From an uncultured delta proteobacterium (lineage in GTDB: Bacteria; Myxococcota_A; Polyangia; Polyangiales; JAFGIB01), in contig CAVZVA010000011.1 in assembly GCA_963778655.1 (NCBI GenBank), forward strand, positions 96,001 to 160,000: a stretch of 64,000 bases of DNA, read 5' to 3'. This document shows, one piece after another, positions 10,341 through 19,873 of this stretch. The notes under the pieces are model-generated. The model was not told where the DNA came from. It saw only the letters and a list, made by a program, of their open reading frames with translations, and searched no databases. A program made the translations under genes and the position numbers. Within the stretch, counting starts at the first letter, position 1. Each line of letters begins with the position of its first letter.

Positions 10341-10956
10341 TGCCAACCGGCTTCCGCGGTCAGGCACTCGAGACCGCGCCGCGCGCGCTGCTGCACCTGG
10401 GTCAGGCCGAGCAGCGCATCGCCGTGCCCGAAGCGGCGGTGCGACAGGGGCAGACGATCGTGGCGCGCTGATCGCGGCCACCGCGCGCGCTCAGGGCATG
10501 GCGCGGTACGCGAAGGCCACGCCCGTGCCCTCGCTCACGTACCGCGAGCAGCAGTCGGGCAAGCCGCCCGTCTGCACCGGCGTGCCACAGCCCTGCGATA
10601 GGCAGCTCTGGAACTGCAGGAACATGCCGTCGCCCAGGCCGGTCGTCCGTCAGTGCCTACGGTCCAAGTGGGAGGAGTGCGAGGAGGCTCGAGACCTGGC
10701 GCTCATCGGCCGGGCTCATAAGCCCGGCCACGCGGCTGAAACCGAGAGAGTCGAACGCCTCTTTGTCCTCGTCGCCTCCGCAAACCATCCGGCAGCACGC
10801 GCCCGTTGGCCCCGCGCTGGACTGGTCGGGACTGGGCCCCGCCGGCCAAGATTTGCGCCACCGCGCCAGACCCGAGGCACCAGCGCACGCAGCGCAGTCT
10901 CTCGGTATCGCCGACCGCCTGCCGAGGACCGGCGTCGCGTTCACAGACGAGACGCC

Positions 10957-11511
10957 TTAGTCGTCGCGGTCGCTTCCGTTGGTGTTCAGGCGGCTCAGCA
11001 GGCCGAAATCGGGACACGCCGCGAGGATGAGGTTGATCCCCATGCTCTGCTCGGCAAGGCACGTACTGGAGGGCGCACCACACACCGCGAGCTTGTCGGT
11101 GTCGCACGCCGCAGCCTCGGTACACTCAGCTGCTTGCTCGAGATAGTCCATGAAACACCGCATGGCGGCGCGCGAGGCGGCGCTGTCCTGGTCCGCGAGC
11201 GCCTTCACCGCGCATTGCGCCCAGTCCGGACCCGACTGCGCGAGGTCGAGGCACTCCTGCTCGGTCTTGTAGGCGCCCGATGCGACCTGGCAGGGGCAAA
11301 TCGCTCGCACGCGGCGATCGTACAGCTCGACATCCGCTTGCAGCAGCGTGCTCAGTGTCGGCCCGCCGGCGTCCGCGCTGGCCATGGCGTCAGTCTCGCG
11401 TGCGCGGTCTACCGCCGCGTCGCGCATCCCGCGCGCATCGTCACCGCAAGCGCACAGCAAGCAGAGCGCGAGCAAGGCGATTGCCCTTTTGTGCAGCGCG
11501 AATCTCTGCAT
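10957..11511 (-). CDS. Cys-rich putative lipoprotein
   Basis: Lipobox LCAC; multiple paired Cys. Confidence 0.7.
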   Translation of the reverse strand: MQRFALHKRAIALLALCLLCACGDDARGMRDAAVDRARETDAMASADAGGPTLSTLLQADVELYDRRVRAICPCQVASGAYKTEQECLDLAQSGPDWAQCAVKALADQDSAASRAAMRCFMDYLEQAAECTEAAACDTDKLAVCGAPSSTCLAEQSMGINLILAACPDFGLLSRLNTNGSDRDD

Positions 11512-11620
11512 CACGGCCTAATACCAAGCACCGAGGGACAAATCCAGAGCGGTGCTGCGCCACGCTCGACGACATAGCAGACGATCGGGGACGCCCGGTG
11601 CTGGCCACGGCTAATCGGGC

Positions 11621-11748
11621 TCAGCCGGCGAGCCCGCCGGCGAGCGAGTCCACGCGCGCGAGCCACGCGCCGAGCGTGGGGCGTGCTGCGACCTCGGCTT
11701 CGAGCCAGGGGTCGGTGCCGGCGAGGCGGCGGTGGAATTGCCCGAAGA
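11621..11748 (-). pseudogene. GST-like C-terminal fragment
   Basis: LFGQFHRRL...RPTLGAWLARVD* cut by the 93-bp repeat at 11750. Confidence 0.4.
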
Positions 11749-11749
11749 G

Positions 11750-11842
11750 GAGCGTAGGCGCCACAACCCCCCTAGCCAAGCAAGCCCACTTCCAGCGTGC
11801 GTGACACAATGCACCTTCTGCGCAATGGACCCCGCGCGGCGG
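11750..11842 (+). repeat. 93-bp repeat copy 1; 5' end of RAYT-like element 1
   Basis: 89/93 identical to 13772-13864; contains the ATG at 11825. Confidence 0.9.
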
Positions 11843-12380
11843 CCTCGCCCCGCCCAACCGCAAGGCCCGCCGCAGCTGTGCCGTTCTGCAGCAGCACGCC
11901 GACAAGCGGCTGGCCACGCTGGGTCAAACACGCCAACGCCCGCCGCGGTCCCTACCAGCCCGAGCTCGGGCTGCACGACGCCAAGCGCTGTGCTCGAGGA
12001 CTGATCGGCAGCGCCCTGGCCCGAGCCCAGAAGCGCCACAAAGTCCAGCTTTCGCCCTGGTCGTAATGAGCAACCACGTACACCCGGTCGTCAGGACCAA
12101 GCACAAGAACCTCGCGGAGCTCATGGGCTACTTCAAAGCGCGCGTGGCCGAGTCCATCAACGCGCTCACCGCCAAGCGCGGCCCGCTGTGAACACGCCGC
12201 TACGACGCCCAGCCCATCGTCGATGACCAGGGCGCCGCCGAGCGCGTCGGTTACAGCTTCGACAACCCGTCCAAGGCCAACCTCGTGGCAGACCCCGAGC
12301 AGTGGCCGGGCCTTAACCTTGCGTTCGGGGTCGGCGACGCCAACGTGCTGCCGTTCGAGTTCCTCAACCGCACCGCCTGA
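11825..12380 (+). pseudogene. HUH/Y1 transposase (RAYT/TnpA-REP-like) pseudogene 1
   Basis: VVMSNHVH (12066-12083); GPL*TRRY with in-frame TGA at 12189; YSFDNPSKANLV...EQWPG; upstream frameshifts. Confidence 0.82.
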
Positions 12381-12399
12381 CGGAGCGCAGCTGCACTAG

Positions 12400-12562
12400 G
12401 TGTTCGATCGCCACTTCCCAGCCAAAACCGCCACATCGATCGGCACGGGTCTCGGCTTGTACATCAACACAAGCATCATCCACAGCCACGGCGGCAAGCT
12501 CTGGGTGGAAAGCGAGCTCGACCACGGCAGCACGTTTGCCTTCACGCTCAAAGAGAGTTAGT
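12400..12562 (+). pseudogene. HATPase_c C-terminal fragment
   Basis: GTGLGLYI...HGGKLWVES...GSTFAFTL. Confidence 0.65.
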
Positions 12563-12604
12563 AGACAAGGGTCACGCGGCCGTTCGATCACGTTGCCTGA
12601 GCCG

Positions 12605-12643
12605 GAGACCCGTCCGCGAACGCCGCCTCGATGGACGGGTCTC
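12605..12643. repeat. Perfect 11-bp inverted repeat with 17-bp spacer
   Basis: GAGACCCGTCC-N17-GGACGGGTCTC. Confidence 0.7.
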
Positions 12644-12775
12644 AGAGTGGTCGCTCGAATGCGTGAGCCACATGCGAAGCCAGGTGACCGCACAAGCCAG
12701 TGCGCGCGCAGGCAGGCTAGCTTGCGGCGCCGCGATCGGGTACGGTCAGCGTGCATTGCTTAGTGGGTAAATTGC

Positions 12776-13771
12776 ATGGCGCGTTATTCGTTTCTGATTG
12801 CCGTTTTTGTGTGCGGTTGCGGCGCTGGCGACGCCCCATCTGGTCGTTCATCAGCACTAACTCCGGCGACCGATCGCCCAGCTGCCATGGCCGGCGCGCC
12901 TGCTGGACCGTCGGGTGTCGTCGGCAATGACTTCGGTAACGCGAGCGCTGCACCGGTCCAGCCTCTCGTTCCGAAGCACGCGTCCGCCAACTGCAATAAG
13001 GACGTCGACATCCTGTTCGTGCTTGATGTATCCGGCAGCATGATCCCGCCGCTGACGACGCTCAAACGCGAGTCGAGCCTGGTCGACGATGCGTTGAACG
13101 CGAAAGCACTGCCTTCGCCGCAGCACTACGGATTGGTGGTGTTCGTGGACGACGTGCAGATGATGAATGCAGGCATGCCCTACGCAAGCGTCGACGCGCT
13201 CCAGGCCGAGCTCGCGAACCAGATCGACATGACCAACGCAAATCCATCGCGGCAGCTGGACGGCACGCCCAACAACCTCACGTGGCCGGAAAACAGCCTG
13301 GATGCGCTGTACGCCGGGGCGACGCAGTTCCAGTGGCGGCCCGTGGAATCCACGCTGCGCACGATCATCCTCATCACCGACGCGTCATTCTGGGACCTGA
13401 CCGAGCCGTCCAGCGGCAGCGACGTCGAGGCCAACCCCGGGCTGTTCCCAGAACAGGCCAGCATGCACGGCTACGACGAGACGGTCGTCGCTCTTCGATC
13501 GCAGATGATCTGGGTCAACACGTTCACGGCGAAGACCGGCGGGCCGCCGGACGGGATGCCTTCGCCGCCATCGCACGGCACCTTCCGCGGCACGAGCGTC
13601 GATGTCGGCATCGGCTTCTTCGAGCCCTATAAGGGCAAGCCCTCGATCCCAGACGCCACCGGTGGGTTCGCTTGGGATATCGACGACGTCTTCGATGGCA
13701 AGATCTCGCTCGCAACGCCGATCAATCAGTCGATCGAGGTGCACCAGTGCGCCACCTATCCTGTTGAATGA
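12776..13771 (+). CDS. vWA-domain lipoprotein
   Basis: Lipobox VCGC; DILFVLDVSGSM MIDAS; WPENSLDAL; IILITDA. Confidence 0.85.
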   Translation: MARYSFLIAVFVCGCGAGDAPSGRSSALTPATDRPAAMAGAPAGPSGVVGNDFGNASAAPVQPLVPKHASANCNKDVDILFVLDVSGSMIPPLTTLKRESSLVDDALNAKALPSPQHYGLVVFVDDVQMMNAGMPYASVDALQAELANQIDMTNANPSRQLDGTPNNLTWPENSLDALYAGATQFQWRPVESTLRTIILITDASFWDLTEPSSGSDVEANPGLFPEQASMHGYDETVVALRSQMIWVNTFTAKTGGPPDGMPSPPSHGTFRGTSVDVGIGFFEPYKGKPSIPDATGGFAWDIDDVFDGKISLATPINQSIEVHQCATYPVE

Positions 13772-13864
13772 GAGCGTAGGCGCCACACCCCCCCTAGCCA
13801 AGCAAGCCCACTTCCTGCGTGCGTGACACAATGCGCCTTCTGCGCAATGGACCCCACGCGGCGG
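13772..13864 (+). repeat. 93-bp repeat copy 2; orphan 5' end of RAYT-like element 1
   Basis: Starts immediately after the vWA stop codon; 89/93 identical to copy 1. Confidence 0.9.
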
Positions 13865-13931
13865 GCCCGCGTTGCAGACGGCGCAGAGCGCCGCGTCAAA
13901 GTCGGAGAAGTCGGAGGTCGCCGCCGCAGAC

Positions 13932-14062
13932 GGGACGGACATAACTATTTCACTGACGAGCGCAATCGCGAAGACAGTTGGCCGATACACCGGACATGCC
14001 TCGTGTCAAACAGCGCCACGTACCGGATACCGTTGCACATATCATCGTTCGCTTCGTCGACG
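13932..14062 (+). mobile_element. Left end and first 22 codons of RAYT-like element 2
   Basis: GGGACGGACATAACTATTTCAC (inverse of 19304-19326), then MPRVKQRHVPDTVAHIIVRFVD, near-identical to 18340 onward. Confidence 0.75.
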
Positions 14063-14204
14063 CCCAAACCAGTCTCGGTGAGTCAGGTGGACAGCTGTGG
14101 ACAGCACGTCCGGTGCCTTCGAGGCAACGCCGGTTGCGGGGCTCGGGGCTCCGGGCCACAATTGGAACCTTGATCCGGCGTCCAAGACGGGATGGACGGT
14201 TTTG

Positions 14205-14750
14205 ATGAACGGGGCGCGTGGCGCGGTCACGACAACAAGAGCAATCCTCCTTTCCGTGGGGTGCTCTCTCTTGCTGGCTTGTCGAGCGGAGAGCAACATC
14301 GCGCGTGCCACCGACGGTGGCGCGCCCGTGAAAGCGAGCCGTTCGAACGATGGTGGGTCTCCGGCCAGCAGCGAGTCGCCGATCGATGCTGCTTCTGCGG
14401 AGGTCCCCCTCTGCGTGACAGGCACGCCCGACCCGTGCCCAGCGGACGCGGACATCCAAGCTCCGAGCTACGACGCAACATGCCAAACGGACGCCGACTG
14501 TACCGTCGTGACCGACCCCAACTACGCCTGCCGGCCGTGCCGTGTTTGCGCACCGCGGATTGCCATCGCCAACGCGGCGGTGCCGCAGTACGCCAGCGAT
14601 GCAACCAGGATTTCCAGGATGTATGGCTCGGACTCTCTCAATGCCGTGAGTTGTCCGGCGTGTTGTGACCCGCCCGTCGTCGCCTGCTGCCGAAACGGCC
14701 AGTGTGAAGCCGAGTCAGGCCAGTGCGTTGCGGCGGCAGGCGGCAAGTAG
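14205..14750 (+). CDS. Cys-rich putative lipoprotein
   Basis: LLLAC lipobox; YDATCQTDADC-type Cys motif. Confidence 0.65.
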   Translation: MNGARGAVTTTRAILLSVGCSLLLACRAESNIARATDGGAPVKASRSNDGGSPASSESPIDAASAEVPLCVTGTPDPCPADADIQAPSYDATCQTDADCTVVTDPNYACRPCRVCAPRIAIANAAVPQYASDATRISRMYGSDSLNAVSCPACCDPPVVACCRNGQCEAESGQCVAAAGGK

Positions 14751-14895
14751 CTCGATCCAGTCCCGTCAGGTGGAAGCGAGCCCGACGATGCGCCGCGTTT
14801 CGGTCGCGCTGCGGCTCCCCCGGGCATAGCGGAAGTATTGCGATGATGGCCTGACCTCGGCGGCGATCGAAATGCCGCGCGTTCCCGCGACGGCG

Positions 14896-15226
14896 CTAGA
14901 GCACCGAACATATTGAAACGTGTGCGAAGTCGGGGTCATGGCTGACCCGCCGGCACGGCCAGCGGTGGGTTCGGTGGCAGGCATTCGGTGGTGAGGCCTT
15001 TCCCATCTGGGTCATCCGCGCTGGCGGGCTCGCGCGATGGCCGACGCTAGGCCGACCACGAGGTCGGGGTCACCGCCGTCAGAGATGGCGCGGAGCAGCG
15101 CACGCGCCCATCGAGAGTGGAAGCGAGCGCCGGCTTCCGCCGGGATTCCGATCGCGCGATCCGGGGTCGACGCCGACCTCGAAATCGTTGCGCTTCGGGA
15201 TCTTGCGACAGAAACAAGCCGCGCTA
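14896..15226. mobile_element. Partial/degenerate MITE copies related to 1545-1713
   Basis: 14896-14937 repeats the left end of the 1545 MITE with 1 mismatch; a second CTAG at 15047 precedes CGAGGTCGGGGTC...CGAAATCGT motifs also seen in that MITE. Confidence 0.6.
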
Positions 15227-15302
15227 TGTGCCACCAACATCACGCACCTACTGCGGCGTAGCGGAGGGACTCGATGGCGGCCAGTGAGCGGTGGGCGGCG
15301 AG

Positions 15303-15335
15303 CTGGCGCGCTTGCCAGCTGGCAGGCTTGCCAGC
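15303..15335. repeat. 33-nt palindromic repeat, left border of ATPase-nuclease gene
   Basis: CTGGCGCGCTTGCCAGCTGGCAGGCTTGCCAGC; 26/33 identical to 17451-17483. Confidence 0.7.
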
Positions 15336-15362
15336 TCCAGCCGCCTTCCATAGACTCGCCCC

Positions 15363-17448
15363 ATGTTCCGCACGAACGTCCCGGCAGCCGCGCGCGCTTC
15401 CACGACCGGGCCAAGGCACTCGAGCGCCTCAAGCCGCTCTCGCTGGACCTGAAGCGGGGCGAGCCGCGCTGGCTCGCCATCATCGGCCCGCGAAGAATCG
15501 GCAAGAGCAGCCTGCTCGCGGAGGCTGCGCAGCGCTTCGGCGGCGCGACGCTCCGCTTCGTGAGCTTCGACGTGTTCGACGCCATGCCGGTCTCGTTCGA
15601 GGTCTTCCGGCGCCTGGCCGCCAAGATCCTGGACGCAGCCGTGGCCCACGACGCGGGCGCGGCCGTCTCGGTGGCGGTGGGCGACCCGCGGCGTTTCCGC
15701 GAGATTCTCGCGCGCAGCGATCGCTTCGCACGGCTCCCCGCACCGCTGCGCTCCACGCTGATCGAGCTGGCGGCGCGTCCGGCCGACGACGCGCTCGTGC
15801 GCGACACCCTCGCGCTGCCCGAGCAGCTCGCCAAGGCCCTCGGCCTGCGCTTCGTCGTCGCGATCGACGAGTTCCAGGAGCTGCTCGCCCTCGGCGGCGC
15901 GCGCGGCAGTGTCGATCGTCTGCCGCTGATGCGCAGCACCTGGCAGCGACACGAGCGCGTGGGCTACGTGATCAGCGGCTCGTCACGCACCATGCTGACG
16001 GAGCTCGTCACCTCCGAACGCTCGCCATTCTTTCAACACTTCGACGTGCTCGAGCTCGGCCCCTTCGATCGGCGCGACGCCATCGAGCTGCTCACGGGCG
16101 AGGCGCCCGCCGACCGCCCGATCGGCGTGGAGATCGCCGAGCGCGCGCATCGAGCGCTGTGCCGTCGGGGATCAGTACCTTGAAGACGCCGCCGTAAAAG
16201 CGCCCACGCCGCTTCGCACGCCTCGATCGCACTGCGCGTCGACTCCGAGAAGCACGGCCACACGAAGCGGTAGCGCGACAAGCTCGGCGTGAAGATCCAG
16301 ACACGCAGCTGTCGGCGTCGGCCTCGCTCGTCGGGTAGCGAAAAGCGCATCCAGCCCGTGTCGACTTGCAGCTCGGCGCCGGGCTCGCCGTCCTCGACCG
16401 GAACCGTCGCGCGCGTGCGGCCGAAGCCGAGCTCCTCCACTGCGAAGCGATGCAGCGTCGGGTACGGCACGTCGATGCCCGAGCGCAAGAGCAGCTTGCG
16501 CACCTTGCTCAGGCGCACGCCGTTTTGCACCTGCCGCGCGATCGTCTCGCGATGCGTCACGCACAGCGCCCACGTCGCGCCGTGCGGCCGGCCGCGCATC
16601 GTCGTCAGCTCCGCCATCACCGCCGACAGGCGCTCGTCGGTCAGCGACGACGGGCCCTCCTGCACGCGAGCGCCGTGCCGCTCGGCCAGCTCGCAGGACC
16701 GGCGCACCGTCCGGGGCGACAGCGACAGGCGCTGCGCCACCCGCTTCTTCGGCTCGCCTCCGAGCCACTGCCTGAGCACTTCCTTGACCTCGACCATCGT
16801 GACCTCCCGATAAGCCATCGCGCCTCCGGCACCGGCTGTACGCCGGCGCCGAGGGCCGCGCTGGGACTGGGTCACGCCAGGGGGCAATGGTTTTGAGAAA
16901 CCACTCACCCCCAGGGGGTCATGCTTCTGAGAAACCGCTCATCGAGGGGGCAATGATTTTGAGAACCGACACTCGAGCGGCTCGGCGATGTCGTGAGCAA
17001 GCTGGCCGACGGCCGCTATGCGATCGACGACCCCGCCCTCGCCGCATGAATCCGCTGGCGCGCGCCGGGCGGTGCCGCGGTTCCGATGAAGCTGGTCGGC
17101 AACGAAGCCGAGCTGCGCGTCGCCGAACACCTCGCGAGCCTCGGCTTCGAGCTCGTCTACCAGTCACGCGCCTCGCGCGGAGCCTTCGACCTGCTGGCGA
17201 TCCGCGGGGGCAGGCAGCTCGGCGTGCAGGTCAAGCGCAGCGCGCTGCCGCTGCGCTTCCCCAAGACCGCCTGGGCGCGCATGGCGTGCGATGCCGCGCG
17301 CTTCGGCTGGGTGTTCTGCATCGCCGCGGTCAGCCCGGAGGGCGAGGTGGCGCTGCTCGACCCGGCTCGCGCCACCAAACGCAAGGAGGTGCGCATCGGC
17401 GAAGAGGCCCGAATCGACAACTTGCTCACCTGGCTCGAGGCACGCTGA
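15363..17448 (+). pseudogene. P-loop ATPase (archaeal-ATPase/AAA-like) fused to a PD-(D/E)xK nuclease; disrupted by IS21 fragment
   Basis: Walker A GPRRIGKSS, Walker B VVAIDEFQ; C-part E..VA..L...GF...SRGAFDLLA...GVQVK; frameshift after ATG 15363 and in-frame TGA near 17048. Confidence 0.75.
16160..16971 (-). mobile_element. istA: IS21-family remnant (left end + truncated istA)
   Basis: TGTC terminus at 16971 with three TTTCTCA-containing subterminal repeats; MAYREVTMVEVKEVLR...PGAELQVDTG...SRYRF; frameshift and truncation at IPDG; no istB. Confidence 0.85.
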
Positions 17449-17450
17449 GA

Positions 17451-17483
17451 CTGGCAACCGTGCCAGCTGGCAGGTCAGCCAGC
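17451..17483. repeat. 33-nt palindromic repeat, right border of ATPase-nuclease gene
   Basis: CTGGCAACCGTGCCAGCTGGCAGGTCAGCCAGC starts 2 nt after the stop codon. Confidence 0.7.
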
Positions 17484-17683
17484 GCGGGCGGAGGTGGAGG
17501 CGATCGTGAAGACGCGCCGCGATTCGCCCGCGACCTGCGGCGCCTGCTCGATGGAGCCGAAGGCGGCCACGCAACTACCCGAGCGGCGATCGCGGCCGTT
17601 GCGGGGCGGTCCGCCGTCGATGTTGGTCGACATGTTGCAGAACGTCGCGACCCAGATCCGCGCCGCGGAGGCTCGCATGGAAG

Positions 17684-18232
17684 TCAATGCGCGACGCCGG
17701 TCGAGCGCTCGGCGCGCGGGTCGCTTTGAGTGGCGACCAGGCGGAACTCGATCATCGGTAGCTCGGTGTCGTGCTCCCCGATCGCCGTGCCGAGCGTGGC
17801 CTCGATCACGGGTTTGAACGTATTCCACGCGCGGCGATGCCGATTTGTGTAGGCCTGCATCGCCTGGTCGGCCTCGGCTCGAGTGAGCACGCGCGCGGTG
17901 GCATGAGCGGGTGCATGACCAGCGATGAAGATGCGTACGTTGGCGTTAGCCTGCACGTTGCGGAACCACTGGGAGCGAGCGCCGAAGGCGGAGGCCACCA
18001 CGTACGTGTCCGGTGCGGGGTGGTCGAAGACTTCGAGCACGACATAGCGTTTGATGCCCGATCGCCGCCCGACGTGTTCGAGCATCAGTATCCGCGACCC
18101 AAACATGAATCCGAGGCGTGCCCGGTAGAGCCAGATGGGGGCGCGCATCAATCGGCGGGAACGCAACACCCGGGCCCCTCCGGTGGCGATCGCGCGGGAG
18201 ATGAACTGCGGCAGTGTTTGTGTGTTGGTCAT
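17684..18232 (-). CDS. Deazaflavin(F420)-dependent nitroreductase family (DDN-like) protein
   Basis: RAPIWLYRARLG, LEHVGRRSG..R.VVLEV, SQWFRNV.AN motifs. Confidence 0.82.
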   Translation of the reverse strand: MTNTQTLPQFISRAIATGGARVLRSRRLMRAPIWLYRARLGFMFGSRILMLEHVGRRSGIKRYVVLEVFDHPAPDTYVVASAFGARSQWFRNVQANANVRIFIAGHAPAHATARVLTRAEADQAMQAYTNRHRRAWNTFKPVIEATLGTAIGEHDTELPMIEFRLVATQSDPRAERSTGVAH

Positions 18233-18339
18233 GGGTCCCTCTCGCTCGGTATAGCGTCACCATGCTGGAGTTGGCGACGAGGGTGATGGGATATCATCGA
18301 GACTCGCGGATGCCTCGACGTCAACTGCAGTTCGTGTAC

Positions 18340-19326
18340 ATGTCACGTGTCAAACGGCGCCACGTACCGGATACCGTTGTACACATCATCGTTCGCTTCG
18401 TCGACGGCCAGCACATCATGGACGAGGTTGAGAAAGCGCGCGAGCAGTACCTCGCCAGGCTCTCGATCGAGCCTTCAGTGCCGCACTGATAGGCACTCAC
18501 GTCCACCTCGGCGCCATCTGCGGGCACGAACCGCTCGACAGCTGGGCAAAGCGCTTGCACTCGGGATGGGCCAACTGGATCAATCGAGCCGGTCGCAGGC
18601 GCGGCCGACGAACGCGGGGCCCTGTCCTCGCTGATAGGCCGCGAACCCTGCTCGTGCCTGACGATCGAGCCGTGCACCTCGGTGCATACATCCATAATAG
18701 CCCAGTGCGCGCACATGTTGTCACGGCGCCCAAGCACAGCACATGGACCAGTCATCGCGCGTACCTGGGCGCCGATAGGTCGATCGCGGCCCTCGACATC
18801 GAGGGCGGTCTGTCCTTCTATGGATGCACCGCCAGCCCTGAGGGACGACGGCGTTTTCACGAGTTCGTCTACGAACGCCGCTTGGACCCGCGCGATCCGG
18901 AGCTCAGCGGCAGGACGACTCAGGACGTGCGCCGGTCGACGCGCAGTGTTCACGGCAGCACCGCGGAGCTGCAGACACCGGAGCTCACAATAGACCGGCG
19001 CGCTCATTTCCCGGTGCACGTACCAACTCTCCGCCGCACCCCTTACACCGCAAGCGTCGAAGCATTTCTGGTCACTGCCTCGTGTCTTCTTGGCGTCGAA
19101 GCTCACCAGCTCCTGGGTCGCGGACGAGAGCGAGGTCGAGCACGCTTGCGAACGACCGTCGTGCTCGCCTGGCGCATGCTCGGCCGTCGCAACAACGAGC
19201 TCTGCGCCGCCCTACAAGTCAGCCAACCCGCCGCTTCCAACATCATCGCCAGAGCCACTCAGGTAGATCTGCGAGAAGCAGGAAGCCTCGTACGCAAGCT
19301 TCTGTGAATTAGTTACGTTCCGTCCC
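18340..19326 (+). pseudogene. HUH/Y1 transposase (RAYT-like, with C-terminal HTH-like extension) pseudogene 2 plus right end
   Basis: VHIIVRFVDG; THVH; RGPVLADRP; AYIHNSPVRA; WTSHRAYLG; frameshift/deletion near 18490; end motif GTGAATTAGTTACGTTCCGTCCC overlaps the stop. Confidence 0.8.
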
Positions 19327-19329
19327 TTT

Positions 19330-19720
19330 TCCCCCGCTCATGCCGGCTGCGCGCGAAGCTCTCGTGCGTTGGCAGACGGCCTCCTGCCGCAGGGCTGGGC
19401 TGGTGTTTCCTGCGCCGTCCAAAGCCGTCTACAGCCGCGAGCACCGCTGGGGCTGGGACGAGCGCCGCTACGGCTCGGACATCCCGACGCGTGCCGGCAT
19501 CGAGCGCCGTGTCCCGTTCCATGCCCTGCGGCATACGTGCGCCAGCATGCTCGTGAGCGGCGAGTGGGGCCGCGCCTGGACGATCGAAGAGGTCTGCGCG
19601 TTCCTGGGCCACAGCTCGATCACGGTGACGCAGCGCTACGCTCACCTGTGCCGCGGAGCCTTGCAGCGCGCCGCCTCGCAGACGCTAGCGACGACCCCGC
19701 GAACCCGTCCGCCCATGGCG
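19330..19720 (+). pseudogene. Tyrosine integrase, C-terminal catalytic half only
   Basis: FHALRHTCAS...FLGHSSITVTQRYAHL; N-terminal half replaced by the RAYT element. Confidence 0.88.
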
Positions 19721-19747
19721 TCAAACCCGTCCACGAACCCGTCCACG
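19701..19747 (+). repeat. Putative integrase arm-type sites
   Basis: AACCCGTCC(ACG) x3; inverted copy TCGTGGACGGGTTC at 1791-1804. Confidence 0.6.
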
Positions 19748-19799
19748 GCAGCTAGAACCGATCGTAGGCTTGTCACCCAAGTGCCCGTGATCACTACAG

Positions 19800-19873
19800 C
19801 GCGCCCGGCAGGACTCGAACCTGCGACCGTCAGCTTAGAAGGCTGCTGCTCTATCCGACTGAGCTACGGGCGC
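19800..19873 (-). tRNA. tRNA-Arg(TCT)
   Basis: GCGCCCG acceptor stem, TAGCTCAG D-arm, CTTCTAA anticodon loop, GGTTCGAGTCC T-arm; CCA not encoded. Confidence 0.96.

Larger units (their letters stand above)
1712..19841. mobile_element. Decayed tRNA-Arg-integrated genomic island (~18 kb)
   Basis: att direct repeats at both ends; tyrosine integrase remnant beside the tRNA; AACCCGTCCACG motif inverted near both ends; many pseudogenes and IS remnants. Confidence 0.8.

Noticed and set aside
1744..19799. Integron or prophage interpretation of the island
   Set aside because: No attC-like sites, genes in mixed orientation, no IntI-specific features visible in the remnant, and no phage structural genes.
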